NCBI GenBank assembly: GCA_964623205.1
Contig: CAZUQX010000007.1
Coordinates: 12,665 to 76,664, forward strand
DNA: 64,000 bases
Direction: 5' to 3'
From: an uncultured Candidatus Bathyarchaeia archaeon
GTDB lineage: Archaea; Thermoproteota; Bathyarchaeia; Bathyarchaeales; Bathyarchaeaceae
The position numbers and the translations under genes were made by a program. Numbering within the stretch: the first letter of the stretch is position 1; the number at the start of each line of letters is the position of its first letter. The notes under the pieces are model-generated. The model ran no database searches. It saw only the letters and a program-made list of their open reading frames with translations, and was not told where the DNA came from. Of the stretch, positions 1-9,666 are shown one piece after another.

Positions 1-623
1 TTAGAGAGGCTGGAATAGCAGTCGATGCTAGACTAGTTACTTTCGAAGACCCCGCTGAATACATACTCGAAGTAGTAAAGGATGAAGGATACGATTTAGT
101 GGTTATAGGAAATCGCGCCGAACACCAAGCAGAACGTTACTCTTTGGGAAGTATTAGCGAGAAAGTTGCAAGACATGCTGAAAGTCCTGTTCTCATTGTT
201 AAACGAAAACCAAAACCAAAACTTGGGAAAATACTCGTAGCAATCGATGGTTCCAAACATTCAGACAAAGCAATCGAATACGCTGTTCAGTTAACCAAAA
301 AATATGGCGCAAAATTGGCTTTGCTGCATGTGGAGGAAGACAAACTTATTCGTATAGGGGGACCGCAAGTCGTAGATTGTGTCGGGACAATCGGTGAATG
401 TATCCTAAAAGACGCCCAAACCAAAACCAAAGGAGTAGCATTTGAAAAGTTTCTGGAGCTCGGAAACCCCGCAGAAACAATAATCAAAATGGCAAAAAAA
501 GGAAACATTGACCTTATCATTGTGGGAAGTAGAGGATTAAGCAGCGTAAGAAGATTCTTGCTTGGCAGCGTCAGTGACGACATAAGCATGCATTCAAGGT
601 CTTCAGTACTAATAGTTAGATAA
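1..623 (+). CDS. Universal stress protein with tandem UspA domains; 5' end cut by window edge (frame enters at nt 3)
   Basis: The frame of ORF 99..623 stays open back to nt 3 (REAGIAVDARLVTFEDPAEYILEVVKDEGYDLVVIGNR...). This gives the tail of a first Usp domain (GSISEKVARHAESPVLIVK) followed by a complete second domain (KILVAIDGS...DLIIVGSRGLS...LLGSVSDDISMHSRSSVLIV). Confidence 0.8.
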   Translation, partial: REAGIAVDARLVTFEDPAEYILEVVKDEGYDLVVIGNRAEHQAERYSLGSISEKVARHAESPVLIVKRKPKPKLGKILVAIDGSKHSDKAIEYAVQLTKKYGAKLALLHVEEDKLIRIGGPQVVDCVGTIGECILKDAQTKTKGVAFEKFLELGNPAETIIKMAKKGNIDLIIVGSRGLSSVRRFLLGSVSDDISMHSRSSVLIVR

Positions 624-661
624 TGCTTCATAAAAGCGTTGAAGAAACTAACCGAGTTATA

Positions 662-1939
662 TCATGAAGTGTTTTGCACAGAGCTGGGCTGAAGATTTTG
701 GTATATTTGGAGTGTTTGTTCAGCAACTTTCTTCCAAGTGAAGTATTGTAAAACTCTTTCACGCCCATTTTTACCCCAATTTTTCGCCCGTTCAGGATTT
801 TCCAAAATTTCCTTCACGCCCCAAGCGATGTCGGTAGGGTTCTCACCATTTACATGAATCCCATTCTGATCCGGACCAGAATTTATGACCTGCTCCCGAA
901 AGCCGACGACGCCATGGGCTCCCACCACAACTGGTTTTGCCATTGACATAGCTTCTAGGCTCACGATACCAAAGGGCTCATAAACTGACGGAAAAATACA
1001 GACGTCAGAGGCAGCGTAGTGAAGAATCCTTTCTTCTTCAGGCACAAACTCGAACCGACAAACAACCTTGTCATTTATTCCCAATCTATTTGCCGTCTCA
1101 TCGATGTCCTTTTGTTCCTCTCCCTTACCTAAAATCACCAGTTTTGTCTTGGGATACTCCTCTAAAATTGTTGGCATCGCCTGAATTAGGTTCCTCACGC
1201 CCTTGACCCATGTTAGTCGCCCTAAGAAAAAGAGCATGCATTCGTCCTCTTTGATGCCATACTTGTCGCGTATTCGTTTAATGTCTCCTGAACTATACTT
1301 TGTGGGATCGTAACGTTCAGGATTTACTCCATTCCATACTACACTGATTTTTTCAGCAAGCCAACCATGCCGAATCAAATCCTCTCTCATTGCATGACTG
1401 ACGGTGATTATGCGGTCTGCAACTTGGGCAGTAGCTGATTCGAAGTGGGAAACAACTTCAGAGCCTTCATCTCCACTTCGACCAGACTCTGTGCTGTGAA
1501 CGTGAAAGACTACAGGTATTTCCGTTTCGTTTTTGATGATAATTCCCGCTATGCTGCTTAACCAGTCATGCACAGCCACTACATCAAATTTGTAGCCTTC
1601 CTTCTTGATCAGGTGATTGACGAGTTTTGTTGCACTAAGAACATTGTAAATGAAAATGTCGTTGAAGAATCTGATGTTTGCCCCCCACTTTCTCAAGTCC
1701 TCGGTGACAAACATTGGAAACACGTTACTCGCATCAGCAATTAAAGGTCGATGGACTTCCACGCCCTTTAGTACTTCTCTTGTCTTCAGATTGCCGGGAT
1801 TAAGTGTAAAAACTGTAACATCATGACCCATCTCAACGAATTCACGGGTTATGTATTCCGCGTATGTTCCCAAGCCGCCCACAAGCTTCGGTGGATATTC
1901 CCAAACTAAAAAACAGATTCTCAAAGGAAATCTTCTCAC
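662..1939 (-). CDS. GT-B glycosyltransferase (GT4/GT5-like), possible archaeal glycogen synthase
   Basis: 425 aa. N-terminal ICFLVWEYPPKLVGGLGTYA resembles the KVGGL motif of glycogen/starch synthases. C-terminal EPFGIVSLEAMSMAKPVV is an E-x7-E motif. Confidence 0.7.
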   Translation of the reverse strand: MRRFPLRICFLVWEYPPKLVGGLGTYAEYITREFVEMGHDVTVFTLNPGNLKTREVLKGVEVHRPLIADASNVFPMFVTEDLRKWGANIRFFNDIFIYNVLSATKLVNHLIKKEGYKFDVVAVHDWLSSIAGIIIKNETEIPVVFHVHSTESGRSGDEGSEVVSHFESATAQVADRIITVSHAMREDLIRHGWLAEKISVVWNGVNPERYDPTKYSSGDIKRIRDKYGIKEDECMLFFLGRLTWVKGVRNLIQAMPTILEEYPKTKLVILGKGEEQKDIDETANRLGINDKVVCRFEFVPEEERILHYAASDVCIFPSVYEPFGIVSLEAMSMAKPVVVGAHGVVGFREQVINSGPDQNGIHVNGENPTDIAWGVKEILENPERAKNWGKNGRERVLQYFTWKKVAEQTLQIYQNLQPSSVQNTS

Positions 1940-2043
1940 AAACAGTTTGTAGTTGGAATTTATATTGCTTTGCTGTTTAGGTGGACTAAAGTTTATTATT
2001 TGATTAGGACAATTTTGTAGTTGCTATTTGAAGAAGGAACCTG

Positions 2044-3231
2044 TTGATGGTAAGCACGGTTATGGTTTTAGCTGTGGTTCTTGGCACAGCCTTCTTGTTC
2101 AATGAATTATTCAAGAAGTTGAATATTCCTCCCGTGGTTGGTCAAATAATTGGAGGTTTAATCCTTGGAATTCCTCTTTTGAAGTCGTTGATTTTTCAAA
2201 GCCCAGTGGATACTGAAATTGTTGATTTGTTGGCTACCTTGGGAATCCTCTTTTTGCTGCTATTAGTTGGGCTTGAAATAGATATTGAGAAGATTCGGCA
2301 GAGTTCTAAAGAGGCTATTTTGATTTCTTTAAGTGCAGCTATGGTGCCCTTAATTTTAGGTTTTCTCTTTCTTAGAATTCTAGGTTATAGCGTATTTGCT
2401 TCGCTGGTGTTTGGTGGTGCTTTGTCAGTTACTGCAGAGGGCACAACAGTGAAGGTTTTGATGGATGCAAATGCGCTTAACACAAGGCTAGGGGCTGTAA
2501 TAGTCTCTGCTGGCGCAATCGACGACATTTTCGAGGTTCTATTCTTGAGCATGGTTACTATTGTTGGCTTTGGAGGAAGTGTACTTCAACTTGTTTATCT
2601 GCCTTTGGAATTCTTCGTTTTTGCAGTTATCGCTTTCCTCCTTTTTAGGCTGATTTCAAAGGTGCTACGAAAAGTCGAAAGAAGAGGAGATGACGTGGAA
2701 CTTTTTTCGCTGGTGATCATCTTTGTTTTGGTTATAGCTTCTTTGTCTGAGTTCCTCCAGATGGGCTACCTGCTAGGGGCTATGATTTCTGGTTTTTTAC
2801 TGCAGATTTCTCTGAAGCGTCTGCACAAGAAAGATGAAGAAGAAATAATCACAGCTACAAAACTTATCACTCTGGCTTTTGTAGTCCCTTTTTTCTTTGT
2901 GAACATCGGCTTAAACTTCAACTACGACTATCTGTTAGGAAATCTGCCTTTACTCACCTTTACAATTGCTATTGCCTTCCTTGGCAAGATAATAGGAACT
3001 CTAATCGTCAAACCATTCGTAAAGCTAAGTCTTAAACAGCTTTACCTTATTGGATGGGGTATGAATTCACGGGGAGCGGTTGAACTGGTGATTGCTCTAT
3101 TGGCGTTAAACTATGGATTGCTTACTCAAGAAGTCTTTTCAGCACTTGTTGCAATGGCGATTATAACTACGCTTGTGTTTCCCTTTGTTCTGCAACGTGA
3201 AATCAAAAAAAACCCGTCAGCTATGGATTAA
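2044..3231 (+). CDS. Cation:proton antiporter (CPA2 / Kef-type Na+/H+ exchanger family)
   Basis: 395 aa polytopic membrane protein. Motifs: VVGQIIGGLILG, LLLLVGLEIDIEKI, GAIDDIFEVLFL, MNSRGAVELVIA. Confidence 0.8.
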   Translation: MMVSTVMVLAVVLGTAFLFNELFKKLNIPPVVGQIIGGLILGIPLLKSLIFQSPVDTEIVDLLATLGILFLLLLVGLEIDIEKIRQSSKEAILISLSAAMVPLILGFLFLRILGYSVFASLVFGGALSVTAEGTTVKVLMDANALNTRLGAVIVSAGAIDDIFEVLFLSMVTIVGFGGSVLQLVYLPLEFFVFAVIAFLLFRLISKVLRKVERRGDDVELFSLVIIFVLVIASLSEFLQMGYLLGAMISGFLLQISLKRLHKKDEEEIITATKLITLAFVVPFFFVNIGLNFNYDYLLGNLPLLTFTIAIAFLGKIIGTLIVKPFVKLSLKQLYLIGWGMNSRGAVELVIALLALNYGLLTQEVFSALVAMAIITTLVFPFVLQREIKKNPSAMD

Positions 3232-3312
3232 TCGCGCAGTTTGCCAAATAATACTCTAAATTATGTTTAATAATAAATTTTAGACCAGTAGTGCTTGCAT
3301 GTTAAAGCTGAT

Positions 3313-3699
3313 TTACTTTTTTACTACAAGAACGTCGCAGCTTGCTTTGGAAACTACCTGTTTTGAAACGCTACCTAACAGGAAAGCTGCGGCACTACCT
3401 AGACCTCGACTGCCCACTACTATCAAATCAAAGTTCTCGTTTCTGGCAGTATCAACCAAAGCTCGTGAAGGCTTAGAACCAAGAATAGCGGTTAGACTGG
3501 CATCGATTTTTTCCTCTTCTAAAAGTTGCTTTGCTTTAATCTGAGTTTTTGTTGCTTTATCTTGATTTTCGGGTTTGTAAACTGTTATGACTTTCACGTG
3601 TCCTGAAAACTTTTTTGCGATACTAATTGCTTCCATAAGTGCCCATGTAGAGTAGGCTGAACCGTCGATTCCTACAATAATTCTCATTCTATCTTTCAT
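3313..3699 (-). CDS. Universal stress protein (single UspA domain)
   Basis: 128 aa. IIVGIDGS...DLIVVGSRGLGSAAAFLLGSVSKQVVSKASCDVLVV is the canonical Usp ATP-binding motif. Confidence 0.85.
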   Translation of the reverse strand: MKDRMRIIVGIDGSAYSTWALMEAISIAKKFSGHVKVITVYKPENQDKATKTQIKAKQLLEEEKIDASLTAILGSKPSRALVDTARNENFDLIVVGSRGLGSAAAFLLGSVSKQVVSKASCDVLVVKK

Positions 3700-3768
3700 A
3701 AAATTACCCCCGCGATCAATCCACGTTTTTTAACCGAACGGTTACTATTCATTAGTTCCAACCACGTT

Positions 3769-4962
3769 TTAATTTTTTCGATCTATTTTTGTATCCATAA
3801 GTCCTGGATTCCTTCGTATACCTCTAGCAAGAACTGGCGGAAAGATGAGGGTAGTTATTATACTCATTGCCACGAGGGCTGAAAAAACCTCTAGAGGAAT
3901 TAAACCATACTGTATTGCAACCAACGCAATCACCAACTCTGCCGCACCCCGAGAGTTCATTGCCCAACCTGTGTAGTAAAGCTGTTTCCAGCTCAGAGTA
4001 GAAACTGGCTTAACTATCAGAGTTCCTATCAGCTTTCCAAAAAAAGCAATAATCACGGTAGCTACGATGAGAGCAGTATTAGAGAAAAATGTGCTAAGAT
4101 CAAACGTTAACCCAACGTTAACAAAAAAAAACGGAACAATGAAACCCAAAGCAACAAGCTTGATAACGTTTATCATCTCCTTTTTGTGTCGTTTGCTGAT
4201 ACCTTTCAGTGATATCTGCAGGAGAAAACCTCCGAGAATAGCACCAATCAGATAGCCTACGTTCAAAGATTCAGAAAAAGCTGCAAGAACCAGAACAAAA
4301 ATCATGACTACAGAGAATAAACCGGTCTCTTCTCCTGGTATTTTATCCAAGTACTTCAGAGCCTTTGAAATTACTTTGAACGATATAAATGCAATTACGA
4401 GGAAAATTACCATTTCCACAGGAACCATAGCCAAATCTAATAAGCTTCCGCCCTTAGCAAAAATCACGACAAGGGACAAAAACAGAACTTCGAAGATGTC
4501 ATCAATAGCCCCCGCCGCAAGCATAACAGCACCCAAACGAGTGTTCAAACTATTCAACTCCATAAGTACCTTAACTTTTGTTCCTTCTGACGTAACCATC
4601 ATAGCTCCACCGAAAATCAATGCAGTCAAGAAACCATAACTTGGAAAAAGCGCCAAAATAAAGAAAAATCCAAGCGTGAAGGGGACGAGGGCAGAGCTAA
4701 GCGATACAAGAATTGAGTCTCTAGAGGTCTCCTTTATCTTTTCAATTTCAATTTCCAATCCAGCTAGAAAAAGAAGAAGCAATATCCCAAGTGTAGCCAA
4801 GAAATCAATTATTAACAATGCTGATCCATCGTCAAAAAGCAGATTCTTTAAGAGGGGAATTCCAAACAATAGCCCTGCGATGATTTGGCCAACCACTGAT
4901 GGCAAGCCAATTCTTTTGAAAAGTTCTCCAAATAGGAAAGCAATGACTAGAATGATGGGCAC
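3769..4962 (-). CDS. Cation:proton antiporter (CPA2), paralog of 2044..3231
   Basis: 397 aa, colinear with the 2044 protein: VVGQIIAGLLFG, LLLFLAGLEIEIEKI, GAIDDIFEVLFLS, MNSRGAAELVIA. Confidence 0.8.
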   Translation of the reverse strand: MPIILVIAFLFGELFKRIGLPSVVGQIIAGLLFGIPLLKNLLFDDGSALLIIDFLATLGILLLLFLAGLEIEIEKIKETSRDSILVSLSSALVPFTLGFFFILALFPSYGFLTALIFGGAMMVTSEGTKVKVLMELNSLNTRLGAVMLAAGAIDDIFEVLFLSLVVIFAKGGSLLDLAMVPVEMVIFLVIAFISFKVISKALKYLDKIPGEETGLFSVVMIFVLVLAAFSESLNVGYLIGAILGGFLLQISLKGISKRHKKEMINVIKLVALGFIVPFFFVNVGLTFDLSTFFSNTALIVATVIIAFFGKLIGTLIVKPVSTLSWKQLYYTGWAMNSRGAAELVIALVAIQYGLIPLEVFSALVAMSIITTLIFPPVLARGIRRNPGLMDTKIDRKN

Positions 4963-5094
4963 AATTGCTAGTATCTGCGTTTTTCATCCACCCAAAAACC
5001 AATTAGAACTTTCCTTAGATGCATTTTGGCATGCCTTATTTTCATGCTTGAAGGAAGAGAGCCAGATTTAAAGTTTCCGCATAAACCTATATAC

Positions 5095-5228
5095 ATGCGC
5101 GCGCAAGGTATGATGTTAAAAGTATCCCCAATTTTTAATTTATGGGCTGTATATTGAAATGAAGTCTTTTCTACGATTCTTAGTCTTTGAGATCATATTA
5201 AGTTCTAATTTGCCCCGTGCGCGCGCAT
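5095..5228. repeat. 11-bp GC-alternating inverted repeat pair (ATGCGCGCGCA / TGCGCGCGCAT) bracketing 112 bp of AT-rich spacer
   Basis: 5095-5105 ATGCGCGCGCA and 5218-5228 TGCGCGCGCAT are exact reverse complements. A third copy, TGCGCGCGCGCAT, lies at 54223-54235. All three are intergenic. Confidence 0.6.
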
Positions 5229-5357
5229 CTACGACAATGCTCAAAAGTTAGTTTAACATTTGTCCTGATTGTATATCAAAAATGGTAAATTATAAACTTT
5301 AATTGTGGTTATCAAGCTTTTTCCTTGAAAATCCGAGGGAACTGGAAAAAAGTTTGC

Positions 5358-6287
5358 CTAGATTCCTAAGATGAACAGCCAAATGTTCAGATAAACTATT
5401 GCACCGAGGGAGGAGATTAGGGTTAAAGAGGCTATGGTCTCTTTGTAGAAGTCGTATCGTTCGCTGAGAACTGAGAGAGAAACGGCAACAGGCATCCCAT
5501 GCATAAGCACCAACACTGACCTTGACATAGTTGGCAGATTGAACAGCATTAGAGTTAAGAAAGCTAAGGTTGGCAGAAAAATTATCCGTAGAAGACTTAA
5601 CCCAGAAGCCTTAGCTAAGCTTGTGTATTTCTTTCCGTAGAGAAAAGCCCCAAGCATGAAGACAGCTACTGCAGATGTGGTGCCTCCCAGCATATGCAAG
5701 GAAGTGTATATGGGAGAGGGAATCTCCACTCCAATAAGGGATACCAAAATGCCGGCAATGATTGAAATGATTAAAGGGTTTCGTGAAAGCCGGGTAGCAA
5801 CATGCTTTAATCCCTCCCATTTTGAAGCTTCCCCAAGCCTACACAACTCAAGCACCATGATGGAAATTGCTATCGCTACGATGCCGATGGAAGCCGCCGC
5901 CAAAGTAGCTAGATGCTCGCTCTGTTCTGAGGGAAAAGCAAAGGTTATGAAGGGTATGCCAAAGAAGGCGAGACTGCCAAAAACTGTGCTTAGAATGAGC
6001 AGATAGAGAGTATTTCTAGAGAACCTAAAGAGAAAGAAAAGCAGCACGTAAATCGCCACCACCCCAAGAACCGGGATGATCCCCGCAAAAATGAAACTCA
6101 AAGTCTCCCCGACAAAACTGGTCTCAGCCAAATCAACGAAAAACAAGGCTGGCAACGCAAAAAAGTACACATAAGCACTGAGCACCCGCTCGTCCCCCGA
6201 CTTCAAAAGACCAAATTTTCTCGAAAAGAACCCTATGCCAATTAAAAGAAGAATAGGAACGGATGTTCCGATCAGTGCGTCAGTCAT
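5358..6287 (-). CDS. AEC (auxin efflux carrier) family permease
   Basis: 309 aa with about 10 predicted TM segments. The size and the split 5+5 hydrophobic layout are typical of AEC/malate-permease-like transporters. Assigned by overall pattern only. Confidence 0.6.
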   Translation of the reverse strand: MTDALIGTSVPILLLIGIGFFSRKFGLLKSGDERVLSAYVYFFALPALFFVDLAETSFVGETLSFIFAGIIPVLGVVAIYVLLFFLFRFSRNTLYLLILSTVFGSLAFFGIPFITFAFPSEQSEHLATLAAASIGIVAIAISIMVLELCRLGEASKWEGLKHVATRLSRNPLIISIIAGILVSLIGVEIPSPIYTSLHMLGGTTSAVAVFMLGAFLYGKKYTSLAKASGLSLLRIIFLPTLAFLTLMLFNLPTMSRSVLVLMHGMPVAVSLSVLSERYDFYKETIASLTLISSLGAIVYLNIWLFILGI

Positions 6288-6419
6288 GCATGTCCCTCCA
6301 TCTAATTGATTTCTTGAAAAGATAAATGTTGCAATACAGAAGTGTGACTACTTCAATCACATCAATTTTGGAGAAAAACAGATAATCAACTGATCTGCTA
6401 AATTAGCGCGGGGAAAGCA

Positions 6420-7673
6420 ATGGTTAGTTTCAAGCAAGCTCTTCAGATACTTGAAGCAAAAGGAAAACTTGAACGTATTAGAGACGAGACTTCATTGCAT
6501 GAAATTCCTGACATAATAAGGAAGGCTGAAAAGGCTCTTCTTTTTGAGAATACTGGAACCGAATACTCGGTAGCCTCGAACATTTGTACGCGAGACAATT
6601 TCTGCACAATCTTCAGTATGAACTGGAAAGAAATTCAGGAAAAGGTAATATCCGCCCTCGATAATCCCCTAAAACCAGTCACAGTTGCTGAGAACCCCTT
6701 TAAGGAAGTCGAGCTTGACCTCGAAAAACTACCGATTCTGCAATATTACGCCTCTGACCCCGGACCCTACATTACCTCCAGCATCTTCGTCACAGAATGC
6801 GAAAAACGCAACCTCTCATATCACAGAATACTTGTCAAAGGAAAGAACATGGGCACAGCAAGAATCTGCCATCGCCACACATGGCAATGCTACATCAAAA
6901 ACAACAGAAACATTGACGTAGCAATCTGCATCGGGATGGACCCCGCCCTCTTATTCGCTGGAGCGATTTCCACCAAAGAGCCCATGGACGAAACTGAAAT
7001 CGCCGGCGGCTTTTACGGCGAACCAATAAAAATTGTAGAAATGGAGAATGGCATCTCCGTGCCTGCGGACACAGAAATTGTATTGCTTGGAAAGCTCACT
7101 TCAGAAGAGGGGACGGAAGGGCCGTTTGTCGATGTCACAGGCACATATGACTTGGTCAGACAACAACCAGTAGTTAAAATCACCAAGATACTGAGACAGA
7201 AAGAGAAACCAATTTACTATGCGCTCATTCCCGGAAGGGGCGAACACTCATTTCTAATGGGCTTCGGAAAGCTGCCCCTAATCTACAAAGAACTCAGAAA
7301 GGTCTGCAACGTCAAAGACTTAGCTTTCACGGACGGCGGAATTAATTGGCTTGGTTGTTCCGTGAGCATAGAGAAACAGAGCGATGAAGAGCCCAAAAAG
7401 ATAATCGAGACTGCCCTTGAGGCGCACAAGAGCTTAAAGCATGTCTTCGTGTTTGACGACGACATAAACCTCTCTGACCCCGAGGATGTACTCTGGGCAC
7501 TAACAACCAGATTCCAAGCCGACAAAGACATATACACTTATCCCAATTCTCTCGGTTCAAGCTTGGATCCCAGCTCCGAACCCGGAGAAGACAGAAGAAG
7601 AACATGCAAAGCAGGATTCGACTGCACAATCCCATTATCCAAGAACAAAAAGGATTTTGAGAAAGTTACCTGA
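6420..7673 (+). CDS. UbiD-family (prFMN-dependent) decarboxylase
   Basis: 417 aa. YHRILVKGKN, DVAICIGMDP and EGPFVDVTGTYD match the EGPFGE-x-TGYY type motif of UbiD enzymes. Confidence 0.8.
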   Translation: MVSFKQALQILEAKGKLERIRDETSLHEIPDIIRKAEKALLFENTGTEYSVASNICTRDNFCTIFSMNWKEIQEKVISALDNPLKPVTVAENPFKEVELDLEKLPILQYYASDPGPYITSSIFVTECEKRNLSYHRILVKGKNMGTARICHRHTWQCYIKNNRNIDVAICIGMDPALLFAGAISTKEPMDETEIAGGFYGEPIKIVEMENGISVPADTEIVLLGKLTSEEGTEGPFVDVTGTYDLVRQQPVVKITKILRQKEKPIYYALIPGRGEHSFLMGFGKLPLIYKELRKVCNVKDLAFTDGGINWLGCSVSIEKQSDEEPKKIIETALEAHKSLKHVFVFDDDINLSDPEDVLWALTTRFQADKDIYTYPNSLGSSLDPSSEPGEDRRRTCKAGFDCTIPLSKNKKDFEKVT

Positions 7674-7754
7674 GAAATGCGTCTACATGCGCACTTGAGA
7701 ACACTCGGCATTAACGAATCCAGAAAGTTACCCGTTTAGAAGCTAGCTGCTCCC

Positions 7755-9656
7755 TCAGGATAATGTCTCGTCTAGCCGTCTTTTCAGAATCCCGCTGACC
7801 ACTCCAGCTTTCACTCGCCCTCTAGCCTTCTTCATAATAATGCCCATTAATGGTGCAAAGGCACCCTTTCCCCGTGCCTCTATAAACTCGATGTTTCTCT
7901 CTATCACGTCATCTACCAGTTCCTCAAGTTCCTTCTGCGAAATCATCCCAAGCCCCAGACTCTTAAGAGCATCATTGGCAGTAAGTTCTTCATGGTTTGA
8001 AAGCCAAGTTAATAACTCGTGAATACTTTCCTTCGCAGTCTTTCCGGAGCCTATCAGGCTAAACAGTCCCCTGAACTGCTCGTCAGTAACGGCTTCAACG
8101 GTTATTCCGTCCCGTTTTAGTGCCTTCAAAGTTTCCGTCAACGCAACCGCAATAACCGTTGGAGAAACTTTCGTCTCTTTAGCCAAAGCCTCGAAGAGGC
8201 CAAGGTATTCAGAATCCAAAATCTGCTTAGCAAGCTTCCTATTGAGCCTATACTCCGCCATCAGACGCTTCCTCAGTTGCTCAGGTAATTCTGGAAGCTG
8301 ACCACACAATTCGTCAAGATATTTCTTTGTCAACTGAATTGGCGGAACATCAGTTTCAGGATACATGCGAGCAGCTCCAGGTCTCGGGCGCATATACTTT
8401 GTTGTTCCGTCAGGATTCGTTGCCCGGGTCTCTTCGGGAACACCATCTAGAGCTACTTTTGCTCGCTCAGTCACTGCTTTCAGAGCATCTGTTGCGTTTT
8501 CCAAGGTATCCGCCACGAAGACCACGGCGTCCATTGAATCCTTCTTTAAGAGTTTCCCGATTTGATTAATTTCTTCAACTGTTACGCCATAGGCAGGCAT
8601 TTCATCTGTGTGGAAGATTCCTCTAACCCTTCCCCAGAAACGGGCAATCCCAGCTAACTCAGCCCCAAGCCTCATGCTTAACGCCAACTCTCTCTTGAGG
8701 AGACCAGCAAATCCGGCAAGCCTGACGGCTAAGACAGGTTTGTTCTGTTTGATAGCTTTCGCGATTACTTTGCATTTTGTTTGCTTGAAGACGGAAGTAA
8801 CGTCGACAAAATCTTCGTTTATTTGTTCTTTCGTTACTCCTCGTTTCTTCAGTTCATCTCTTACTTCTAGGAGGCCAAGTTGACGATGAACCTCGTTCTC
8901 GATTACCTGAGAGACCAGCTCCAGTTCCTGAACGCCCTTTATCTCTATCAGAGCGCCGTCTCGTATGGAAACGTTCAGGTCCTGACGAATGGTTCCCAAC
9001 CCCCTCCTAACCCTGCGGGTCGCCCTCAGAATTCTTCCGATAGCGGAAGCAGTTTCTTCAGCCTCTTCTGGAGAATAGATGACTGGGGCTGTGGTAACTT
9101 CTATGAGGGGTATTCCAAGGCGGTCGATGCGGTAACGGATTAGCTGTCCCTCTTTTCCAGTTTTCCTAGCCGCATCTTCTTCAAGGCTAACATGCTGAAT
9201 GGGCACTTTCTTGCCTTTGATTGTGATCTCACCGTTTAATGCTACTACGCATGTTCGCTGGAACCCTGTTGTGTTTGAGCCATCTATGACTGTCTTGCGC
9301 ATGACATGAATCTCGTCCACCGGCTTCGCTTTCATCATGAGCGCTACTATGAGAGAGGTTTCCACCGCCTCTCTGTTGAGGTCATGGGGAGGTTCCTCAT
9401 CCATCTCCACAAGGCATGCGGTCTCGTTGTTAGCTTCGTACAGAATCTTCGTTCCCTTCTGAAACTCAAAGAGGGCTGCGGGATCAACCTGACCTAACTC
9501 GCTCTGGGTCGGCCTTAACCTTCTTAGGAAAGTGAACTCAGGCTCTTCCTTGAACAGTTGTGGCTCGCAGGAACAAAAGAGCTTCTCCCTAGTATCTAAT
9601 TGCTGATGAATCTCAAGTCCTGCCTTTAAACCAATTTTTGAATAGTTAACACCCAT
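7755..9656 (-). CDS. gatE: Glu-tRNA(Gln) amidotransferase subunit E
   Basis: 633 aa. N-terminal GLKAGLEIHQQLDT..KLFCSC, GatB/E-type core and C-terminal YqeY-like tail. It starts 10 nt downstream of gatD. Confidence 0.9.
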   Translation of the reverse strand: MGVNYSKIGLKAGLEIHQQLDTREKLFCSCEPQLFKEEPEFTFLRRLRPTQSELGQVDPAALFEFQKGTKILYEANNETACLVEMDEEPPHDLNREAVETSLIVALMMKAKPVDEIHVMRKTVIDGSNTTGFQRTCVVALNGEITIKGKKVPIQHVSLEEDAARKTGKEGQLIRYRIDRLGIPLIEVTTAPVIYSPEEAEETASAIGRILRATRRVRRGLGTIRQDLNVSIRDGALIEIKGVQELELVSQVIENEVHRQLGLLEVRDELKKRGVTKEQINEDFVDVTSVFKQTKCKVIAKAIKQNKPVLAVRLAGFAGLLKRELALSMRLGAELAGIARFWGRVRGIFHTDEMPAYGVTVEEINQIGKLLKKDSMDAVVFVADTLENATDALKAVTERAKVALDGVPEETRATNPDGTTKYMRPRPGAARMYPETDVPPIQLTKKYLDELCGQLPELPEQLRKRLMAEYRLNRKLAKQILDSEYLGLFEALAKETKVSPTVIAVALTETLKALKRDGITVEAVTDEQFRGLFSLIGSGKTAKESIHELLTWLSNHEELTANDALKSLGLGMISQKELEELVDDVIERNIEFIEARGKGAFAPLMGIIMKKARGRVKAGVVSGILKRRLDETLS

Positions 9657-9666
9657 GCCGTTTTCC

